This document shows, piece after piece, positions 37,035-46,336 of a stretch of DNA of 64,000 nt (the first letter of the stretch is position 1; every line of letters starts with the position of its first letter). Below the pieces are notes generated by a model, which saw only the letters and a program-made list of their open reading frames with translations, was not told the origin of the DNA and did no database searches. A program made the translations under genes and the position numbers. The stretch comes from Candidatus Latescibacterota bacterium (lineage in GTDB: Bacteria > Latescibacterota > UBA2968): NCBI GenBank assembly GCA_965214925.1, contig OZ244028.1, positions 3,710,058 to 3,774,057 of the forward strand, in the 5' to 3' direction.

Positions 37035-39176
37035 CTAAAATGTCTGTTCCATTTCTGATTCTAAATCCATCCGTCGCTGGCACACTGTACATTCTCTGCG
37101 ATGATTGCACTCGCACCACAATACTGTCCGCTCTTTCATCTGTGGGTCATTGATCAGCATGCGGGGATAGTGCGCCGGATTTGTCAGCGTGATCACTCGT
37201 CCTGCTTCAGTATCCAGAATGTCCTCGCAGTCTGCGATCTCAGAGCGCGTGAGAAACAGGACAAGTTGCGAACTTTCGCGGATAGCGGTCTTGAGCACGG
37301 ACCGCTTGACATAGCCACTCATCATTCCAAGCGGTGTATCAATCACATTGGGGGCTTCAACCTCACTCACCTTAGTCAATGCGAGAATAAAGGCGAGGGT
37401 CAGTGCCCGCCGGGAAGCACCATTCAAGTCACGGTCAGGATTCAGTGTCCGATTATCCGGTCCATAGACCAAAATATCGAATTCTTTGCTAATTTCCGCC
37501 TTTTGAATGATTGCGTTCTGTTCAGGGTCGGCACCGATCATTTCCAGGAAGATTGCATTCATTCGCTCACTGACCTTAGCCAATTCTTCATTCGTAATCC
37601 GATTATAGGAATTTTCCAGAACTTGCTTTACGTCCTGCGTTACTTCAAGTTGCGCCAATATGCGAGTCCCCTTCTTCTGTTCTCGAAGAAGGTTATTGCG
37701 GGTTGCGCTCAGAGAGATTTGTTCTTTTTTCAGCCCTTCGAGCTGGGTTTCGTATCGCACTTGGTTAGCGTAGAAGCGGTCACGCTGATTTGCATAGCGT
37801 CGCTTAGTATCACAAAGGCCCTGAATGTCAATATCCGGTATATCGCCAAGTTTTACTTCAAGAGCCTTGCGTTTCTTTCCCTGATCTACGAGCCTAGAAT
37901 CTTGCTCGTCGCGGTGTGCAAAGATCTTGGCATATTCGGCAAGCCAGCGTTCTTCATCGGTGACCTGATCCGGCTGAAATGACCGGGATCCATAATAAAG
38001 GTCGGTGACTATTCTTTTTGACTCATCCTCCTTCCGACTCTCATCGATCAGGCACTGGATATGGTTTCTTCGTCGTTTGCCATCACCATCGTTTGGAGCC
38101 AGCGACTCACCGCAAATACAAGTAGTACCCTTGAGGCGTTCTTCAAGGACGGGAATTGTCTCGTTGGGTATCTTGCCTTGGTCGTACAGTCTGTTCAACT
38201 CTCCGAGACTTTTTTTAACTACGGGGGCGAGGAGGTCACGTGAAAGCGAAAGGCTGCGAAACAATTTTGAATGCGCTTTGCCGGCGGCCTCTCTCTGTTC
38301 CTTGATCTGCTTTAGCTGTGCTTCGGTTTGTTCGATATCGCGCTTGAGTGCTTCCCGGTCGCCCTTGATCAAGGCTGCATCGATCTTCTTTTGAACCTCG
38401 GCGAGCTTTTCATCGTACGCTGAAAACTGTTCCTTCGCATCATCTCTTCTTTTTTCCAGGTCTGCCGAGACTTCATTAATCTGATCCAACCGAATCGCGA
38501 TCTGGGTAAGTTTCTCATCGGCCTCAATATTTTTTGCCGCCTTATTGACCTCAGAAGCTGTCTTTTTTATATGCCCTAGTGCATCCTCAATCACGCCAAG
38601 CCCCAATAAAGACCGGATCGCCTTTTCAACGCGCTCGCGCTTGGTTCTGACGTTCACATCTGCTTCGATGAAGCTCAGCGCACGGTCCCCGTCGGTAAAA
38701 AATACTTCACGAAGCTCGGGTGGGAGTTCATCATTAATCAGTGATTCAGGCCAGCCAATAGGCTCACTGCCGGTGTCTGTTAATTCGAACAGTTTTACTG
38801 TCGATGGAGTGTGATCCCATTTATCGCCGTTTAATGTCTCAAATGCTGATCGTATAATGAGATATTGTTGTCTGGTTTCAAATGAGCCTCTTGGGCCTCC
38901 AAGCTTCGTTATCTCAAATTTGACCTGTACGGATATTGGAACCCTACTGCTGTCCGCTACATCCCAATCGATCGGGTGGAGGCGGTAATCTTGGCGTTTA
39001 CCGGGCAAGGCATCATCGCCATAGAGTGCCCATTGCAGTCCATTCAGAATGGTGGTCTTTCCGGTTTCATTCTCGGCCCGGATGACTGTTAGTTTCTTCG
39101 AAGTATCTGTTGAGAAGTCCAAATCCAGAGGGCGCAAAAGGCGAAAATTTTCAAATTTGGCGCTGATCAGTTTCAT
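37035..39176 (-). CDS. DndD-like SMC/Rad50-type ATPase (SspG-like?)
   Basis: N-terminal 'FENFRLLRPLDLDF...VIRAENETGKTTILNGLQWALYG', a long coiled-coil middle, and C-terminal 'LNGASRRALTLAFILAL...APNVIDTPLGMMSG' (compare DndD 'VIDTPLGRLD'). The terminal cluster is CxC...CxxC. Confidence 0.75.
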   Translation of the reverse strand: MKLISAKFENFRLLRPLDLDFSTDTSKKLTVIRAENETGKTTILNGLQWALYGDDALPGKRQDYRLHPIDWDVADSSRVPISVQVKFEITKLGGPRGSFETRQQYLIIRSAFETLNGDKWDHTPSTVKLFELTDTGSEPIGWPESLINDELPPELREVFFTDGDRALSFIEADVNVRTKRERVEKAIRSLLGLGVIEDALGHIKKTASEVNKAAKNIEADEKLTQIAIRLDQINEVSADLEKRRDDAKEQFSAYDEKLAEVQKKIDAALIKGDREALKRDIEQTEAQLKQIKEQREAAGKAHSKLFRSLSLSRDLLAPVVKKSLGELNRLYDQGKIPNETIPVLEERLKGTTCICGESLAPNDGDGKRRRNHIQCLIDESRKEDESKRIVTDLYYGSRSFQPDQVTDEERWLAEYAKIFAHRDEQDSRLVDQGKKRKALEVKLGDIPDIDIQGLCDTKRRYANQRDRFYANQVRYETQLEGLKKEQISLSATRNNLLREQKKGTRILAQLEVTQDVKQVLENSYNRITNEELAKVSERMNAIFLEMIGADPEQNAIIQKAEISKEFDILVYGPDNRTLNPDRDLNGASRRALTLAFILALTKVSEVEAPNVIDTPLGMMSGYVKRSVLKTAIRESSQLVLFLTRSEIADCEDILDTEAGRVITLTNPAHYPRMLINDPQMKERTVLWCECNHRRECTVCQRRMDLESEMEQTF

Positions 39177-39418
39177 CGGATACCTCCCTCGGCCATTTTG
39201 GTTTGACCTCGCTTCTCCGCGAGAAAATGGCCTGCCGCATTACACTTGTCATTTATCTGTTTTTGAATATTCGTTCTCGATACGCGATGCGCTCTTTCAT
39301 ACTGAAGGATGTCGGAGATTACTTCGATCATCTCCTCTTGGTATCCGTCGCATCTCTCCTCAACCGTTTTGCACTCATCGAGAATGATGCTGATAATTTT
39401 TCGTTCGTTGAGCGGCAT
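39173..39418 (-). CDS. 81-aa hypothetical protein
   Basis: ATGA overlap with the DndD-like gene and 12 nt after the PLD-helicase gene. Helical and charged, with no recognised family. Confidence 0.5.
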   Translation of the reverse strand: MPLNERKIISIILDECKTVEERCDGYQEEMIEVISDILQYERAHRVSRTNIQKQINDKCNAAGHFLAEKRGQTKMAEGGIR

Positions 39419-39430
39419 TGTCTCCCTCCC

Positions 39431-41671
39431 TTAGAAAACTGCGTTGACGAGTTCATGAATGAGACTCAGCGGGCCGTCAGCCCTGCCGGCATTTCGCGCA
39501 AGGCTGGCAAATTCCTGTATCCGCAAGAGTTCCGATCGGATTAGGGTGCGGGCCTCACCGTCGATATTACCCATATCCGGCGGCAATGCGATGAAGTCGT
39601 GAATCTCGCTATGCGTTTTGCCAATTTCGCGGCAAGTGCGGAGAAGTCGTCCTCGACGCTGTACCCATTGCCGTTCCACTGTGGTACTTGCGAGGATGAA
39701 AGCCTTTTCAATCTGCGGAATGTTCACGCCTTCGTCAAGGACGCGCTTTGCGGTAAGGACGCGATGTGTGCCTTCTTGAAAGGACTGAATAATACGCGCC
39801 ATCTTATCGCGGTTCGCTGTTTCTACGTGAGTAAGTTGGTGAAAAAGTACTCCGTGTGTATTCAATAACGCATTGACGGCGTTGAGTTGCTGTGGTGCCT
39901 TATCAGAGGCATAAATCAACGTATGGCGAAGCGTCCGAAGGTCTTCGCGTATCAAGGCTTTCTCTAGAGCAGCAATTTTATTTTTAGCATTTTCTAAGAG
40001 TGCCCGACGGTCTCTGAGCAACTTGGTGAGATACTCATCGGGTTCCCCGTTCTCCTGACGCCAAGCATTCGCCTTGATCTTCGCGGTGAGGGCATACCAC
40101 TCATCCATCTCATCCTGCGTGAGTTTCACTGGATGGACGTAGTAATCGTATTCAACGAGACATCGCCCGATTGCTTCCTTGAGTGTGAATTGGAAAACAA
40201 CCGGGCCAAAAAACGAAAACAGGATCTCTGTTCCCTGTTCATCATATTGGCGAATAGGGGTTGCAGATAGACCAAGCCTGTAATCGAAGAAAGAGGGCAG
40301 ATCAGTTATGAATCCCTCACTTCCCAAATTGTGTACTTCATCCGCAATGAGCAAGGTATCACAGTCAAATTTTTCAACTTCAGCCTTAAACGCGCTATTG
40401 CAAAGTGTACGGTGCGAAACGACAACGGCCTCAATGTTGCTCATTCCATTTCGGAACCGCCGTTTGATCCTATTGAGTTCATGTGCCCGTCCCCTTGCGC
40501 CATTGGCCGCGGTCAGATTAACCGCTTTGAGTCCAAAGGGCGCGATCTCATCACACCATTGCTGAATGAGGGGGACATAGGGAGCCGCAACGACGATAAG
40601 AAGAGGTTTATACACATCATATAGCCTATGAGCGCAAATCATGGCAGTGATCGTCTTGCCCGACCCGGTCGCCATTTCCAAGACGCCCCGATAACCGGCT
40701 TCACACCAAGCCTTGACTGCTTTGCCTTGGTGCTCAAATGGTCCATCCTCAAATTGAAGGTCTGGTGGTATCGCAAATGACCCGTAGAGTTTAGGAGATT
40801 CTTCCACAACTGAAAATTCAGTTGCCCGCCTATAGAGCGCGCGCAAATCTGTCTCTGTTGGCGGGATGTCAGAGCAGTAGGTCTGCAATAGCTGTCTCTG
40901 GATAGCCTGTGGCATCCCAACGACGATGCAGCGATCATCTTCATTTTCCCAAAGCTGTCCGAATTGGTCACAAAACTTTTCGGTGATGTAGCGTTGGTTG
41001 GGATCCTCCCACGATTTGGAAATGGAGATTTGCTCAATATTCTTCCGAATACCGGCATAAGTCATGTTGCTTGACCCGTGCGCTGCTATTACATCACCAT
41101 CTCCACTAAAGAGCCAAACCTTTGGATGGAAAAGCGCGTCTTTCATCAAGGCAATTTTGATCTTGATGCGCCCACTACGCAGCAACCAAGAAAGACATTT
41201 CAGCGTGTGTTTCTGAACGAGGTCTTCAGTGACAACAATATCTTCTAAAGCGGCATTGGCGATATCTTCAGGAGAGATCACGCCTTTTTCGATTGCGGCC
41301 TTGTCTTCGGCTCGGAGAAGGGGACTGATGATCAAGCGAAAACTTTCTTGTGAGCAGTTTACAAAAGTAGCCAAGCCTGGGGCTAGTGACGCCAAAACCT
41401 CACTGGAAAAGAAGCCCACCATGCAATCAACTTGGGCAGCGGCCTGAAAGCATGGAATAAGCACCTCTTCTGTCACCGGATCATCAGGTAGTATGTAGAG
41501 TGGCCTTGTATCGGACACTGACCGCAGAGTCCTGCCATTGATCTCTGCCACCTTCAAATCCCTATCAGGTGCTACTTGGGCGACTGATCTGCCAAAGTGC
41601 TTTCGCTTGGGGCCAACTTTTCGCACTTGCAAGGTTCGCAAGTCATACTCTGGACGCAGTTCATCCTGCAT
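39431..41671 (-). CDS. PLD-family nuclease + SF2 (ResIII/DEAH) helicase fusion, PT-system restriction-enzyme-like (SspH-like?)
   Basis: PLD motif 'FHPKVWLF...AHGSSNMT'. Helicase motifs 'MATGSGKTITA', 'LIADEVHNLGS', 'GLSATP' and 'QRRGRLLR'. The start is set at the ATG at 41671, 7 nt after the brnT stop; the open frame extends to 41758. Confidence 0.8.
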   Translation of the reverse strand: MQDELRPEYDLRTLQVRKVGPKRKHFGRSVAQVAPDRDLKVAEINGRTLRSVSDTRPLYILPDDPVTEEVLIPCFQAAAQVDCMVGFFSSEVLASLAPGLATFVNCSQESFRLIISPLLRAEDKAAIEKGVISPEDIANAALEDIVVTEDLVQKHTLKCLSWLLRSGRIKIKIALMKDALFHPKVWLFSGDGDVIAAHGSSNMTYAGIRKNIEQISISKSWEDPNQRYITEKFCDQFGQLWENEDDRCIVVGMPQAIQRQLLQTYCSDIPPTETDLRALYRRATEFSVVEESPKLYGSFAIPPDLQFEDGPFEHQGKAVKAWCEAGYRGVLEMATGSGKTITAMICAHRLYDVYKPLLIVVAAPYVPLIQQWCDEIAPFGLKAVNLTAANGARGRAHELNRIKRRFRNGMSNIEAVVVSHRTLCNSAFKAEVEKFDCDTLLIADEVHNLGSEGFITDLPSFFDYRLGLSATPIRQYDEQGTEILFSFFGPVVFQFTLKEAIGRCLVEYDYYVHPVKLTQDEMDEWYALTAKIKANAWRQENGEPDEYLTKLLRDRRALLENAKNKIAALEKALIREDLRTLRHTLIYASDKAPQQLNAVNALLNTHGVLFHQLTHVETANRDKMARIIQSFQEGTHRVLTAKRVLDEGVNIPQIEKAFILASTTVERQWVQRRGRLLRTCREIGKTHSEIHDFIALPPDMGNIDGEARTLIRSELLRIQEFASLARNAGRADGPLSLIHELVNAVF

Positions 41672-41678
41672 TGTTGTC

Positions 41679-42005
41679 TCATCCTTCCTCATACCTGCCT
41701 GCCAGAGTCGCGCGACAGGCAGGGGTTTGTCTCTCTCTGCGGGTTGTTTCTCTTGCACTAATCAAACGAATCGCATCTCCCCGCTCGGTGTATGATACGA
41801 TTAACAAACGACCGCGCTTTGATTGTCCGATGATAATATACCGATGCTCATTATACGAGTGATCGGGGTCATAAAAATCAATATAGAGCGTGTCCTTGAA
41901 AACAGCACTTGCTTCGTCGAATGACACACCGTGCTTTGACAGATTCGCCTCTGCTTTGTTTTTATCCCATGTAAATGCCATAGGCATAACGTCTGATAAA
42001 TCCAA
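41679..42005 (-). CDS. brnT: BrnT-family (DUF497) toxin
   Basis: 'FTWDKNKAEANLSKHGVSFDEASAVFKD...DHSYNEHRYIIIG...LLIVSYTERGDAIRLISARETTRRER' fits the BrnT family pattern. Confidence 0.8.
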   Translation of the reverse strand: MDLSDVMPMAFTWDKNKAEANLSKHGVSFDEASAVFKDTLYIDFYDPDHSYNEHRYIIIGQSKRGRLLIVSYTERGDAIRLISARETTRRERQTPACRATLAGRYEEG

Positions 42006-42027
42006 AACCCTAATTTACACAGAGAGG

Positions 42028-42855
42028 TTACAAATGGCAAATCGCGCATCCTTCGGTCTCGTCAATCACGGGCAAGTCTCTAAGGGGTTGATTTGCAATG
42101 TCGTCTAAGGTCTTCCCATCCACCCAAGTAAATTGCTTCCCATTTTTCGCCTGCTCGTATTCCTTTGCTTTCTCAAACAAATCGGGATGTTCTTCTTTCA
42201 ACCGCTGCCATTCCCCAACCTGCTGGTAAAAGCAAAAATAGCATCCCGACCGCGACCGCCATTTGTAGTACTCCGGCAGACCAAGCCCTGACTCCTCCAA
42301 AATCTGCACAACATCCGCCAAGCCAAGTCCATCGTCCTTAAACGGATAAACGGGAATGATATTGGGCTGCTGAGAAATCGAGGGTGGTTTTTTTGCAATA
42401 TATCCATCTCGGTCTTCATCGTCGCGGATGCCGATATAGCTATACGCCCGGCTGTTGCCAACGTAATCTTCAAACGGTTCGATTTTCAACACGCGCGTAC
42501 ACCACCGCGATCTCGGGCTGGGCAAATAGCCGCCGTATATCTCATTCAAATACATATCAAACGGAGTGCGCCCGGGCTTTTTCTCCACCCCTAAACCGTC
42601 GAGCGCGTTTAGGCGACGAACAGTAACGCCAAGCAGTGCCTCTAAGCACTCCAAATACGCATACGTTTCATCTAATTCACATCCGGTGTCACAGAAGACA
42701 TACTCCACAGGGATTTGGGGATAGTTCTGCCGCATATAGATGGCCAAGGCGGCTGAGTCTTTCCCCCCTGAAACACTGACGATATGCCGAATGTCAGTTG
42801 CTGAGCCTGTCGAAACATCAGACAGATTGTTCAAGGCATCTTGTATTGTGGCCAT
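42028..42855 (-). CDS. sspD: PAPS-reductase/PP-loop ATP pyrophosphatase, SspD-like
   Basis: PP-loop 'VSVSGGKDSAALAIYM' and a C-terminal Cys cluster 'CYFCF...CAICHL'. The start is at the ATG 1 nt after the sspC stop; the ORF extends to 42924. Confidence 0.8.
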   Translation of the reverse strand: MATIQDALNNLSDVSTGSATDIRHIVSVSGGKDSAALAIYMRQNYPQIPVEYVFCDTGCELDETYAYLECLEALLGVTVRRLNALDGLGVEKKPGRTPFDMYLNEIYGGYLPSPRSRWCTRVLKIEPFEDYVGNSRAYSYIGIRDDEDRDGYIAKKPPSISQQPNIIPVYPFKDDGLGLADVVQILEESGLGLPEYYKWRSRSGCYFCFYQQVGEWQRLKEEHPDLFEKAKEYEQAKNGKQFTWVDGKTLDDIANQPLRDLPVIDETEGCAICHL

Positions 42856-42856
42856 G

Positions 42857-45800
42857 CTAATCCTTTCTCGTATTGTCTCTGAGAATGTGTGCAAACAAAT
42901 CACGGGCTTCTTCCGCACCAACAATATGGGTTAAACGTCCATACAATTTCTTCATGCGTTCTTGGACGAGATGAGTCAACCCATTTTTCATTGCGCCGCT
43001 TACACGGAACTCAGACGACAGGGCTAATTCCTCAATGCGTCTCACTGCGCTGTGAATTTCCCGATCAAAAGCTGCGATGCTGCTGTCATCCCATCGGTTG
43101 AGCGTCTTGCGAAGCAGCAAGCTAGACAGGGAATCAATGAGTTTGTCATCAGACGGATACGGCATACGCACACGGGAGAGGAGGCCCTTTGACACACTGT
43201 CATTGAGCATATTGGACAATTCATCGGGAAAACAAAATGCCCAATGGCGCGCGATCTCCTGCACATCTCTGTTTTTGGATTTCCAGTTCAGAGACAGGGC
43301 CCTAAGTAAAGAAGCAATTGCTTCTTTCCGGTAGCCGTCAATGACCTCAGAGAGTTCATTTTTGCATTTTTCGAGGGATTCCAACAACAAGTGTTGCTCT
43401 TGAATTGAGCACGCTAATGCGCTTGGAATGCGCTCAAAAAGCAGTTCCACCGGATCGGACTGCTGACGAAGTGCTGTTTGGAAGCGACGGGTTTGCGCGG
43501 TTAAACGCCGGGTTGAAAGCGCGCCTGTGGGAAGACTCATCTTCCAGTTTTCAAGCGCGTCATAGCAGGCCCGAATGAGATCATTTCCATTCGCTTCGCT
43601 CAGGACAGGTCCGGTCGTTAAACTTTTCGCCTGTGCCACACCGCCAAAGCGTTCGCAAATAGCCCGAAGATACGCTCGTTTTGTCTGATCGAGATCTAAG
43701 ACAGTAAATTCATATATTTCCGGTTCACGACATAACGCCTCAATCCTCGAAGGCAAAATATCAGACACATAACGCCCTTTATAGCGCAGAGAAAACACAC
43801 TCGGAAACGCTTTGAGACCTGCGGAAAAGAGAATGGGCAACAACCCGGCGCGAACCCCATAAGGAGGTTCCATCAGTTCATTGAAGAACCCTCGAATATC
43901 CTTGGGTTTTACCGATGGCATTGTGAAAAATGCACGCACCTTATCCCAAACATCGCTTAGCCCTTCATCCTCCACTTCCTCGGGCATCGCATAACGCCAG
44001 CGTCCCTGCCTGCGCCGCGGGCGCGGTAGGCAGGCATCATCGTCTTTTCTGTACAATCCCGTGTGTAGCAGCACCGTGCGGAACATGGACGCAGCAGGGG
44101 AATTGCCTTCAATCCCGAGATTCTCTTGACCGCTCCGTTCGAGAATACCGAGCAAGAGCTTCTTGCGCGCGTTCACCATAATGGGGGTCGGTTTGCGCCG
44201 AACAATCATCTCATTGTTGATCTTGGGTGTATGCGGGAAAATTTTTGACATGATTTTGGATAGTTCGTTCCTCAAGTCATAAGCACTTTTAACGGGCAAC
44301 TCGTTATTTCGAAAAAAATAGCGTGGCCCGTCACCACTCGGCAGGATCAACCGATCGAGAAGCTTTTGAAGATGGCTACGGGCATCATCTGTCATCTGTT
44401 GAATTTCAGACAACACATGCGGGTCTGATTCCACCAACTTATCATCCTCCTGCATCTGAATTAAACACCACACTTCCAAAGCTGTCTCAAACAGAGGGAT
44501 AGGGGCTTTGGGTATCGCAAGAATAACCCGTTCATCGCGCACGTGCTTGGCAGCCAGTGAACTTCTGTCGAAGTTGTACACCACTCGCTCTGCTTCCCGA
44601 AGTTCCTCTGCTGTCTCGACAATCACATAGATACAAATACCGTCACATCCAACAGGAATATTATGAGAAATGTTTGCCCCCAAGTATTCATCCAGTTTTT
44701 CCAAGCTACGATACGCGCCTAGAAGAAAACGCCTGATGTGAAAGTCGCTGTTATATGTGACCGGTCGCCAAACAGGAGGACTAGCCTCATCTGCCAAGAA
44801 AGTCATGAAATCGAATGTCCTTCGCTGCCGTGATTTTTCTTCTTCAAGCCTGCCCCGAAGATCGACATCTGTCCCATGCCAAACAGAGACTTCATCGCTG
44901 TGTTTTCTGTGTAAAAGGAGCTTTCTGTCTATGAGTTGATCAACGACTGCTTCTGCCTGCTGTGGTTGACGATAGCCGCGCAGGGCAAACAGCAGCAAAT
45001 CGCGGGACGTGCGAGACCGCTCGCCACCGACCCCGAAACCCAACAGGCTTGCGGTTCGCAGTGCTGTTGCCGCCAGGTCATTGTCATCGTCCAACTTCGA
45101 GAGGGCACTTTGTGTTTCGAGCCATTGTCTATATGTTCCCCCTACGGCTGTGTCTGTACGCATTTCAGGTGAAAAGTATTCGTAGAGATGGTCCGGCCGA
45201 ACGAGATGCTGAAAGTCCATAAAATTGAGAAAGCTGAACAGTGTTCTTTCGTTCTGAGCGACTCGGCCGGAAAGGCGGGGTAACAAGTACAGGGTCGTCG
45301 GCTCTAGGGGATATGCTCGGCGCAGAAGCGATTCGAGTTCCGGTAGGGTAAAGTCGGAAAACAGCCCGAGTTGCTTGCACCATTTTGCATACGACATAGC
45401 TTGTTTGGCAGGCAATTCAGAATAGATGGTCAGATCGGAAAACAGGCCGATCTGATCGTCCCCTTCCTGCCTGTGCGTTGCACGCAGACAGGTTGCAGGC
45501 ATGCGGTTCTGTGCGGAAACCACTTCGGATATCAAGCGGTATATTTCCTTGCTGTCGTCGATATACTGAATCGTCTGAAAACGACCCTCAATTTTTCGCC
45601 ACTCGGATCGAACCGACTGCGGCATACTGCCCGCATATTGCAACAACTCTTGATGCAACAACAGCCCGAGCGTTACGGGAATGGCCTGTGATCGACTCAC
45701 AAACTCAGCCAACAATTGAATTTCACTCAAAGCAACGGAACGCCCCTCAGAAATCAAAGACTCAATATGGCGTCCAAACTCATCCCACAAAATCGCAATC

Positions 45801-46336
45801 CGATCACAGCCTGCGGCGCGCGCCTTGTCCCGAACCACACTGAGCAACGCAATTGCCTGCTCAATTGTCTCACACGGCATTGACGCAATAGTACGAGCTT
45901 GCCGACCGAGTTTCATACGCCGCATTCCCTTCAGCGCGGCATCTTTCAGACTTTCGCTCAAATTCCGACAATAGTCCTGCAATACCAGCACAAGTCCTGT
46001 GTCTTTATTCTTGCGGCGTTCTTTGGAAAATTTGCCCAAATCTGGACTGACAACCCGTAGCCTGTCTTCGACCACAGTGAGTGTCTCATCAGCATTGGGG
46101 CGATTTTCAATCATAAGCGACAAATAGGTCGCCGTAATTGACTTTCCCGTTCCATAAGGCGCGACAACAAAAAATGCCCTGTCTCGTTCAAAACCGAGCA
46201 GGGATTTTATGAGAGGGACACTTTTAGCCGTGGGTTGGTAGTGTGCAATCCGATCCGGATAATCTGCATCGTATTGAATGTTGATGGAACGCAGAAATAC
46301 TTCAGCATCGAACTCAACTATTTTCTTACGCGGCAT
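42857..46336 (-). CDS. sspC: large P-loop ATPase, SspC-like
   Basis: 1159 aa with Walker A 'VVAPYGTGKSITA' and a probable Walker B 'RIAILWDEFG'. It lies between the DUF4007-like and PP-loop genes, with overlapping stop and start codons. Confidence 0.7.
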   Translation of the reverse strand: MPRKKIVEFDAEVFLRSINIQYDADYPDRIAHYQPTAKSVPLIKSLLGFERDRAFFVVAPYGTGKSITATYLSLMIENRPNADETLTVVEDRLRVVSPDLGKFSKERRKNKDTGLVLVLQDYCRNLSESLKDAALKGMRRMKLGRQARTIASMPCETIEQAIALLSVVRDKARAAGCDRIAILWDEFGRHIESLISEGRSVALSEIQLLAEFVSRSQAIPVTLGLLLHQELLQYAGSMPQSVRSEWRKIEGRFQTIQYIDDSKEIYRLISEVVSAQNRMPATCLRATHRQEGDDQIGLFSDLTIYSELPAKQAMSYAKWCKQLGLFSDFTLPELESLLRRAYPLEPTTLYLLPRLSGRVAQNERTLFSFLNFMDFQHLVRPDHLYEYFSPEMRTDTAVGGTYRQWLETQSALSKLDDDNDLAATALRTASLLGFGVGGERSRTSRDLLLFALRGYRQPQQAEAVVDQLIDRKLLLHRKHSDEVSVWHGTDVDLRGRLEEEKSRQRRTFDFMTFLADEASPPVWRPVTYNSDFHIRRFLLGAYRSLEKLDEYLGANISHNIPVGCDGICIYVIVETAEELREAERVVYNFDRSSLAAKHVRDERVILAIPKAPIPLFETALEVWCLIQMQEDDKLVESDPHVLSEIQQMTDDARSHLQKLLDRLILPSGDGPRYFFRNNELPVKSAYDLRNELSKIMSKIFPHTPKINNEMIVRRKPTPIMVNARKKLLLGILERSGQENLGIEGNSPAASMFRTVLLHTGLYRKDDDACLPRPRRRQGRWRYAMPEEVEDEGLSDVWDKVRAFFTMPSVKPKDIRGFFNELMEPPYGVRAGLLPILFSAGLKAFPSVFSLRYKGRYVSDILPSRIEALCREPEIYEFTVLDLDQTKRAYLRAICERFGGVAQAKSLTTGPVLSEANGNDLIRACYDALENWKMSLPTGALSTRRLTAQTRRFQTALRQQSDPVELLFERIPSALACSIQEQHLLLESLEKCKNELSEVIDGYRKEAIASLLRALSLNWKSKNRDVQEIARHWAFCFPDELSNMLNDSVSKGLLSRVRMPYPSDDKLIDSLSSLLLRKTLNRWDDSSIAAFDREIHSAVRRIEELALSSEFRVSGAMKNGLTHLVQERMKKLYGRLTHIVGAEEARDLFAHILRDNTRKD

